This document shows positions 25,910 through 32,000 of a stretch of 32,000 nucleotides of DNA, in pieces (position 1 is the stretch's first letter; the number at the start of each line of letters is the position of its first letter). This stretch comes from Zymomonas mobilis subsp. mobilis ATCC 10988. GTDB taxonomy: Bacteria; Pseudomonadota; Alphaproteobacteria; Sphingomonadales; Sphingomonadaceae. Below the pieces are notes generated by a model, which had not been told where the DNA came from, did no database searches, and was given only the letters and a program-made list of their open reading frames with translations. The stretch covers positions 1,440,001 through 1,472,000 of the forward strand of contig NC_017262.1 of the NCBI RefSeq assembly GCF_000175255.2, written 5' to 3'. The position numbers and the translations under genes were made by a program.

Positions 25910-26877
25910 CTATGCGGCGGTCAGCAATCATCGGAACCGGATCGGTTTTGCCTAAGACACGTCTTTCCAATGACGAGTTAGCGCAAAATTATCATATTGA
26001 TACTTCGGATGCCTGGATCGTTGAGCGAACTGGTATTCGTTTCCGCCATATTGCAGATTCAGATGAAACTACCGGCACATTGGCTACGGAAGCTGCCCGT
26101 CGTGCACTCAAAAATGCAAATGTCGCACCAGAAGAGGTGGGGCTGATCATCGTTGCAACTACAACACCAGATTATACTTTGCCTGCAACGGCTATGAGTG
26201 TTCAGGCAGATTTAGGTGTTGGTGATTGTATTGCTTTTGATGTTCAGGCTGTTTGCTCGGGCTTCCTTTATGCTTTGTCTGTTGCTGACAGCATGCTTCG
26301 GACTGATAGCGCTAAAGTAGCTCTGGTTATTGGTGCTGAAACCTTTACCCGTTTATTAAACTGGGAAGACCGAACGACCTGCGTTTTATTTGGCGATGGG
26401 GCGGGGGCGGTTGTCTTACGTCAGACAGATGATGTTGAAAAAGGCATTCAGACGGTCAAATTACATGCTGATGGACGCTACAAAGATTTACTATGCAGTG
26501 ATGGTGGTGTTTCGACGACAGGAACTGTTGGAAAGCTGCTAATGAAAGGGCGTGAGGTTTTCCGCCATGCTGTCACTAATTTGGTTTCTGTTACCGAAGA
26601 AGCCTTGACGGTTTCAGGATTCTCAGCTTCTCAAGTTGATTGGGTTGTTCCACATCAGGCAAATGCTCGAATTCTGTCTGCGACAGCTCAAAAATTAGGT
26701 GTTCCTTCTGAGCAAGTGGTCATGACTGTCGATCGTCATGCTAATACTGCAGCGGCTTCTGTTCCTTTGGCTTTAGATGCTGCTGTGCAAGATGGCCGCA
26801 TAAAGTCCGGTGATCTTGTTGTTCTGGAAGCTATGGGCGGTGGTTTTACATGGGGCGCCGCTGTTATTCGTTTTTAG
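25906..26877 (+). CDS. fabH: 3-oxoacyl-[ACP] synthase III
   Basis: It shows [10 protein letters not shown], the active-site region [10 protein letters not shown], then VPHQAN.RI and [13 protein letters not shown]. There is an ATGA overlap with the plsX stop. Confidence 0.92.
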   Translation: MTMRRSAIIGTGSVLPKTRLSNDELAQNYHIDTSDAWIVERTGIRFRHIADSDETTGTLATEAARRALKNANVAPEEVGLIIVATTTPDYTLPATAMSVQADLGVGDCIAFDVQAVCSGFLYALSVADSMLRTDSAKVALVIGAETFTRLLNWEDRTTCVLFGDGAGAVVLRQTDDVEKGIQTVKLHADGRYKDLLCSDGGVSTTGTVGKLLMKGREVFRHAVTNLVSVTEEALTVSGFSASQVDWVVPHQANARILSATAQKLGVPSEQVVMTVDRHANTAAASVPLALDAAVQDGRIKSGDLVVLEAMGGGFTWGAAVIRF

Positions 26878-26905
26878 CGCGCGTTCTATCTTTGGATTCT
26901 TTAGT

Positions 26906-26939
26906 GGCTATACCCTGACAAGGGATAGCCTATTTTTTT
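26906..26939 (+). terminator. Rho-independent terminator after fabH
   Basis: GGCTATACCCT-GACA-AGGGATAGCC (one bulge) is followed by TATTTTTTT. Confidence 0.65.
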
Positions 26940-27332
26940 ATGGGTAAAGTGAGCCCTTAGTATTTTTTCAGAGTTGATCTAGTAGATATAGCAATCTTCG
27001 GTAAAGAGAATCCTTCGATATAAGAATAGGAGAAGGCTTGATGAATATTCTGCCTTTTTACGATGCTTTGATCCCTGTAGCTCGCTTTCTGTAAAGATTT
27101 TTGTTAATTATCTTATTAAAAAGCTTGTGCTAAATATGTCTTGATATTGCTGGTATAGCCTAGCTGAAGAAATTAGCTGTTTTCTGAGATGAAAATATAA
27201 AGAAATCTAGGTTTTAGTTATTTTTTATTAAATTAGTTTATTTTAGGTAATTTGAATTTTACTGTATTATTGTTTAATAGCAATCACACGAAATAATTAA
27301 AATTCTAAGAAGAAACCCAAATTTGGGCCATA

Positions 27333-27362
27333 AACAGCCTGAATATACAGGGCTGTTCTTTT
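27333..27362 (+). terminator. Orphan terminator-like hairpin in a gene-free region
   Basis: AACAGCC-(11 nt)-GGCTGTT is followed by CTTTT on the plus strand; read on the minus strand it is followed by TTAT. No annotated gene ends here. It is either the end of an unannotated plus-strand transcript or a distal terminator of tRNA-Pro. Confidence 0.35.
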
Positions 27363-27438
27363 AAGCGCGTTGGCTAAAAGCTATCTACGGCTTGCGCTTA
27401 ATATATCTGTTTTTAAAAGAAGAATATTTGAGATTAGC

Positions 27439-27515
27439 TGGTCGGGGCGACTGGATTCGAACCAGCGACCCCCACACCCCCAGTGTGATGCGCTACCAGG
27501 CTGCGCTACGCCCCG
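27439..27515 (-). tRNA. tRNA-Pro (anticodon GGG), CCA encoded
   Basis: I folded the 77-nt cloverleaf by hand: acceptor CGGGGCG/CGCCCCG, D arm GCGC-AGCCTGGTA-GCGC, anticodon stem TCACA/TGTGG with loop CT-GGG-GG, T arm GCTGG-TTCGAAT-CCAGT, then A-CCA. Confidence 0.9.
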
Positions 27516-27528
27516 ACCGAGGTGGCAA

Positions 27529-27557
27529 AATCTAGGGGAATTATTTGATAGACGCAA
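27529..27557 (-). promoter_or_regulatory. Candidate sigma70 promoter of tRNA-Pro (TTGCGT-17-TAGATT)
   Basis: On the minus strand, -35 is at 27552-27557 and -10 at 27529-27534, with a 17-nt spacer. The -10 ends 13 nt upstream of the mature tRNA 5' end. Confidence 0.45.
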
Positions 27558-27756
27558 GTAAAGATTGCATGTTTTTATAAATTTTTTCTCGCTGCCTTAA
27601 AACAACTCCATCATATCTGGATGATATCCGAGGATAAAAGAGAATGATCGGTTGCGGCCATCGCTTTTATCGTGATAATTATAAAATAATCGCCTGAGGT
27701 TTATCTAATGCTATAAACTAAGGCTTTTCTTTCCCTTTTCAGGATATAGTTTTTCG

Positions 27757-28104
27757 ATGTTTTCAACTCCTGCCTTTGCCCAGACAGCGGGCAATTCTGC
27801 TGGCTTGAATGGTTTTTCTGGTCAGTTGCTTTCTATGTTGCCTTTCCTCGTTGTTTTTCTGATCATTTATCTCATGTTGATCCGGCCGCAGCAGAAGCGC
27901 TTTAAGGATCAGCGGCGTGCTATTGATGCTGTTCAGAAAGGCGATACGGTTATCACCGCCGGTGGTATCATTGGTAAAGTTTTAAAAGTAAGCGATCGCG
28001 AAGTAGAAATTGAAATTTCAAAGGGTATTAAAATATCCGTTGTTAAAGCGACCTTACAAAGTGTTCAGCCACTGACGGCTGCCAATTCCAATACGGTTGA
28101 ATAA
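27757..28104 (+). CDS. yajC: Preprotein translocase subunit YajC
   Basis: It has a single TM helix plus LIRPQQKRFKDQRRAIDAVQKGDTVITAGGIIGKV, and lies upstream of secD-secF. Confidence 0.85.
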   Translation: MFSTPAFAQTAGNSAGLNGFSGQLLSMLPFLVVFLIIYLMLIRPQQKRFKDQRRAIDAVQKGDTVITAGGIIGKVLKVSDREVEIEISKGIKISVVKATLQSVQPLTAANSNTVE

Positions 28105-28110
28105 TCTGTT

Positions 28111-29694
28111 ATGCTTGACTTCCCGCGTTGGAAAATCTGGTCGATTATTTTAGTGCTGGTGCTGGGGGTCTTTTTGGCTATCCCCAGCCTATTGCCTTCA
28201 AATCTTGACCAGAAATTCGGCTTAGGGGCTTTGCCCCGTATTAATTTCGGTCTCGATCTTTCTGGGGGAAGCCATATTCTACTTGAAGCGGATACGGCAG
28301 ATGTTGCTCATCAACGTATCGTTACCATGGAAGAAATGGTTCGTTCCCAGATCAGCCGAGCACAACCGGCTATTACTATTGGCGATATGTCTGCCGATAA
28401 TGATCAGCTTAGCTTTATGGTACGCGATAACCACCAGTTGGATAGCGCCGTTGAAGCGGTCAGAACCTTAACGAATGGTATCGGTGCCACAGGACAGCGT
28501 GATTGGGATGTTCGGGTCGTTGACGGCAATCGTATTGTGATGCGTCCAACCAAGGCTGGTATCCAATCTTTTGTCAATCAGGCGATGGAAGGCGCAACCG
28601 AAGTCGTTCGCAAGCGCATCGATTCCTTGGGAACAAGAGAACCCATTATTATCCGCCAAGGAAGTGATCGTATCGTTGTTCAGGTTCCTGGTTTGCAAAA
28701 CCCATCAGCCTTAAAGGCCTTGATTGGTAAAACAGCCAAACTTGAATTCAAATTGGTGGATGACAGCGTCAAATCAGCCGATCTGGCTCAAGGAAAAGTG
28801 CCGATTGGGACGCAAGTGATGATTGCGCAATCTGGCCAGCCTGTCGCTGTTCAACGTCGCGCTATTGTAACGGGTGTTGATCTTGTTCATGCCGATCAGA
28901 CGATGGATCAGAATAGCCTACCGGCTGTATCGATCAGCTTTAATGCTGACGGTGGCCGCCGTTTCGCGGAAGTGACCCAGAAAAATCCAGGTAAACGCTT
29001 TGCCATTATTTTGGATAACGTCATCCTTTCTGCTCCGTCGATTAATGAGCCTATTTTAGGTGGTTCTGCCATTATCACTGGTAGTTTTACTATTGATTCA
29101 GCTAATCAGATGGCTATCGCGCTTCGCTCCGGTAGCTTGCCGGTTGCTTTGAAGGTAGTTGAAGAAAGAACAGTAGGTCCTGGTTTGGGGGCGGATTCTA
29201 TTCGTGCCGGAACTTTGGCGTGCAGTATCGCTATTGTAGCGATCGTCATTTTTATGATCAGTGTTTATGGCCGTTTTGGTATCTATGCTTCCAGTGCGGT
29301 TATCCTTAACCTGTTCTTAATATTGGCGGTTATGGCTGTTCTTGGTGCTACTCTGACACTGCCTGGTATTGCTGGTCTTGTGTTGACCATTGGTGCAGCG
29401 GTTGATGCCAACGTGCTTATCAATGAACGCATCCGTGAAGAAATTGGCCGTGGGCGCACCCCCGTTCATGCGGTTGATATGGGCTATAAAGAAGCGAGCC
29501 GGACGATTTTTGATGCCAATGTGACTCATGCTATTTCGGCGTTGATTATGATCTGTTTCGGTTCGGGGCCTGTTAAGGGCTTTGCCGTAGTTCTGTTAAT
29601 CGGGATTATTACCTCGGTTTTCACTGCCGTTACCTTTACCCGTATGTTGGTGGCTCTCTATCTGAGACGTCGTCCGGCTAAACTGACGATCTAG
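28111..29694 (+). CDS. secD: Protein translocase subunit SecD
   Basis: It has an N-terminal TM helix, a large periplasmic domain (LGLDLSGG, RIDSLGT.EP.I..QG..RIVVQVPG) and a C-terminal 5-TM bundle with AGLVLTIGAAVDANVLI.ERIREE. Confidence 0.92.
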   Translation: MLDFPRWKIWSIILVLVLGVFLAIPSLLPSNLDQKFGLGALPRINFGLDLSGGSHILLEADTADVAHQRIVTMEEMVRSQISRAQPAITIGDMSADNDQLSFMVRDNHQLDSAVEAVRTLTNGIGATGQRDWDVRVVDGNRIVMRPTKAGIQSFVNQAMEGATEVVRKRIDSLGTREPIIIRQGSDRIVVQVPGLQNPSALKALIGKTAKLEFKLVDDSVKSADLAQGKVPIGTQVMIAQSGQPVAVQRRAIVTGVDLVHADQTMDQNSLPAVSISFNADGGRRFAEVTQKNPGKRFAIILDNVILSAPSINEPILGGSAIITGSFTIDSANQMAIALRSGSLPVALKVVEERTVGPGLGADSIRAGTLACSIAIVAIVIFMISVYGRFGIYASSAVILNLFLILAVMAVLGATLTLPGIAGLVLTIGAAVDANVLINERIREEIGRGRTPVHAVDMGYKEASRTIFDANVTHAISALIMICFGSGPVKGFAVVLLIGIITSVFTAVTFTRMLVALYLRRRPAKLTI

Positions 29695-29710
29695 GAAGGG
29701 GCATATCACT

Positions 29711-30628
29711 ATGGCATTGCTTCGTATTGTCCCGGATAACACGAATATCCGTTTTGTCCGCTTACGAGGGATAGCATTTTTGCTTACCTTCATCCTGACC
29801 TTGGCTTCTGTAGCCTTGTTGGGTGTAAAAGGACTCAATCTTGGTGTTGATTTCGTCGGCGGCTTGATGATTGAAGCCCATTTTGAAAAACCGGTTGAAC
29901 TCGATACTTTGCGGCGGGATATTAACCGTCTGAATATCGGTGAGGCCAGTCTTCAGCAAATAGGCACCAATAACAATGTGTCGATCCGGTTGCCATTGCC
30001 GCCCGGCGATGAATCAGCCTCCCAAAAAGTGGTCAAGATTGTTCAGACTTCTTTATCACAGCAATTTCCTAATGTGCATTTCGAGCGTGTTGATACCGTT
30101 TCCGGTAAGGTCTCTGGTGAGTTAATGCGCAGTGGGATTATTGCTGTTTTACTCGCTATTGCTGGTATCGTAATTTTTACATGGTTACGCTTTGAGTGGC
30201 AGTTTGCCGTCTCAACTTTTGTGTCGGTTGCCCATGATGTGTTGGTCATTCTTGGCTTTTTTGCCTTAACACGTATGGAATTTGACCTGAACATTGTAGC
30301 AGCTATTTTGACGATTGCCGGTTATTCCATTAACGATAAAATCGTTATTGATGACCGTATTCGTGAGAATTTAAGAAAATTCCGCAAGATGGATTTAGGT
30401 TCATTGATTGATCTTTCTGTCAATGAAACCTTACCCCGAACGGTTATGACCAGTTTTTCCATGATTTTGGTTCTGGGCATTTTACTTATTTTTGGAGGCG
30501 ATGCCGTTCGTAGCTTCACAGCAGCTATGCTACTTGGAGTTATCGTCGGCACATATTCTTCTATCTATGTCTCGTCCTCTTTGCTGATTTTCCTAAATTT
30601 ACGACCAAAGACAGCAAAATCGGAATAA
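29711..30628 (+). CDS. secF: Protein translocase subunit SecF
   Basis: It shows GLNLGVDFVGG, then a 6-TM organisation with HDVLVILG and GYSINDKIVIDDRIREN. Confidence 0.92.
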   Translation: MALLRIVPDNTNIRFVRLRGIAFLLTFILTLASVALLGVKGLNLGVDFVGGLMIEAHFEKPVELDTLRRDINRLNIGEASLQQIGTNNNVSIRLPLPPGDESASQKVVKIVQTSLSQQFPNVHFERVDTVSGKVSGELMRSGIIAVLLAIAGIVIFTWLRFEWQFAVSTFVSVAHDVLVILGFFALTRMEFDLNIVAAILTIAGYSINDKIVIDDRIRENLRKFRKMDLGSLIDLSVNETLPRTVMTSFSMILVLGILLIFGGDAVRSFTAAMLLGVIVGTYSSIYVSSSLLIFLNLRPKTAKSE

Positions 30629-30648
30629 AAACAGATTTCGATCCCAAT

Positions 30649-30684
30649 AAAAAAAGGCTCCGAAAACTATTCGGAGCCTTTTTT
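30649..30684. terminator. Bidirectional rho-independent terminator between convergent secF and the kinase gene
   Basis: A7 - GGCTCCGA-(7 nt)-TCGGAGCC - T6. The A-run upstream and T-run downstream let it act on both strands. Confidence 0.8.
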
Positions 30685-30748
30685 GTTACTTTGATCAGGT
30701 TGCCTCTTTATCCTTATATCGAACAGATAAAGAGAATTTTCCCCTGCC

Positions 30749-31756
30749 CTAATTCAGACTAATGTTCAATGCAGATTCAATCATTGTTTTAATATCATTT
30801 TCAGGCCGTGCTCCATAATGGGAGATAATTTCTGCTGCTGCAATGGCACCCATTTCAAGGCTGGCCGCAATAGAAAGATTTCTGGCCTGACCGGCAAGAA
30901 AACCAGCTGCAAAAAGATCGCCTGCACCTGTCGTGTCGACGACTTGATCGATCTTCTTGGCGGATACTTCTGTCCGTTCCATATCTTGGACAGCAATAGC
31001 ACCATCTGGGCCTTTGGTAACCACCAACAAAGGCAGTTTTGCTGCGACTTCTTCAATGCCCCGATCTAGATCATCATGTTGCACCAATGATCTTAATTCG
31101 CCTTCATTCGCGAAGAGTATATCAATCAGACCGTTATTGATCAGCTCTTTGAAGTCCTCACGATGGCGCTCTATGCAGAATGTATCGGAAAGCGTTAAAG
31201 CTACTTTCTTGCCTGCTTTTCTTGCAATTTGGATCGCTTCTTTCATCGCTGAGCGTGGTACTTCAGGATCCCAAAGGTAGCCTTCGAGATACAGAATTTC
31301 TGCATTCTCGATCACTTCTGGCTTGATGGCAGTTTGATGTAAAGTCTGGGCAACCCCTAAAAAGGTATTCATACTCCGTTCGCCATCAGGCGAAACCAGA
31401 ATAAGGCATCGCCCTGTTGGAATAGTTGCTTCCTGAACGGGGACATCAAAATGAATATTCTGAGCGCGAATATCTTGTTGAAAAACCTGACCAAGCGGAT
31501 CATTGGCGACTTGTCCAATAAAGGCACAACGTCCACCCAAGGCAGCTACACCAACAAGGGTATTCGCTGCTGAACCACCGCTAATTTCATGGCTGGGATT
31601 CATTTCCTGATAAAGGGTTTCAGCTGAATCGGCATCAATCAGCTGCATCGATCCTTTCGTAATATTTTTTTCGGATAAGAACTGATCGTCCGTGGCTGCC
31701 AAAACATCGACAATGGCGTTTCCGATAGCAACAATATCATAGCGGTTATGCGGCAT
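30749..31756 (-). CDS. PfkB-family carbohydrate/nucleoside kinase (adenosine-kinase-like)
   Basis: It has the N-terminal motif DIVAIGNAIVDV, the sugar-binding GG (GGSAANT) and the C-terminal PfkB signature DTTGAGDLFAAGFL. Confidence 0.75.
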   Translation of the reverse strand: MPHNRYDIVAIGNAIVDVLAATDDQFLSEKNITKGSMQLIDADSAETLYQEMNPSHEISGGSAANTLVGVAALGGRCAFIGQVANDPLGQVFQQDIRAQNIHFDVPVQEATIPTGRCLILVSPDGERSMNTFLGVAQTLHQTAIKPEVIENAEILYLEGYLWDPEVPRSAMKEAIQIARKAGKKVALTLSDTFCIERHREDFKELINNGLIDILFANEGELRSLVQHDDLDRGIEEVAAKLPLLVVTKGPDGAIAVQDMERTEVSAKKIDQVVDTTGAGDLFAAGFLAGQARNLSIAASLEMGAIAAAEIISHYGARPENDIKTMIESALNISLN

Positions 31757-32000
31757 AGCGGCCTTTCCTGAATAAATATGCCTAATTTAAAATTTCAGAT
31801 GCCATAACGGCGTTAGAAAAGCGAGCAAACAGCAGAAAAGGGTTTTATTCATATCTCTCAAGAGACAAAATTCTGTCATTGCGGTCAAAGGAGGCAGATA
31901 TCGGCTTATCGGTAAAGAAAGCCGATGGACAGGATATCCTTTTCTGGAAAATAAGAAGCCTTGATAAATATGCCTTATTCTCTTTAGGCGAATCTCTTTA

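Noticed and set aside
27370-27561. 63-aa ORF overlapping tRNA-Pro
   Set aside because: It is entirely explained by the tRNA gene on the opposite strand, and it has no SD.
1-32000. CRISPR arrays, rRNA genes, prophage/integrase-att structures, toxin-antitoxin pairs, riboswitches
   Set aside because: I found no regularly spaced direct repeats, no rRNA-like conserved stretches, no phage structural genes, and no small adjacent two-gene modules. The long 5' leaders I inspected (bio, hemC, yajC, kinase) showed no riboswitch core that I recognise.

Overview
This window reads as a mostly housekeeping chromosomal segment of a moderately low-GC alphaproteobacterium. Gene order and protein sequences look Sphingomonadales/Zymomonas-like, but that attribution is inference only, made without a database search.

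Genes I can support, in order:
- Left part: a partial unknown CDS, priA, a secreted Gly/His/Trp/Tyr-rich low-complexity protein, and a periplasmic thioredoxin-fold protein.
- IS copy 1.
- Biotin cluster and neighbours: bioA divergent from bioF-bioH-bioC::bioD (a single fused ORF), then a xerC-like recombinase and gshB.
- IS copy 2.
- ychF, pth and rplY, a DUF177/yceD-like gene, bamE, mutS, infC, gpsA and tsaD.
- hemC and hemD followed by a Mic60/mitofilin-like (HemX-like) membrane protein.
- rpmF (missed by the ORF track), plsX and fabH.
- tRNA-Pro(GGG), then yajC-secD-secF and a PfkB-family kinase.

The only clearly accessory DNA is two 847-bp IS5-family (IS427-like) elements in the same orientation. 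They differ at 2 positions by my eye alignment. Their transposase needs a -1 frameshift that the ORF track does not show. Together they bracket 6.8 kb of housekeeping genes.

I found no CRISPR array, rRNA, prophage, toxin-antitoxin module or recognisable defence module. I cannot honestly point to a convincing new multi-gene system.

The items most worth a second look:
- the IS-bracketed block and the exact insertion of copy 1 into two overlapping stop codons;
- the bioC-bioD fusion;
- the His/Gly/Trp-rich secreted protein and its divergent partner;
- the terminator-like leader in front of rplY;
- a possible AUA start for infC;
- a 0.5-kb gene-free AT-rich region that contains an orphan terminator-like hairpin.

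All family calls come from motif recognition by eye, with no searches run.
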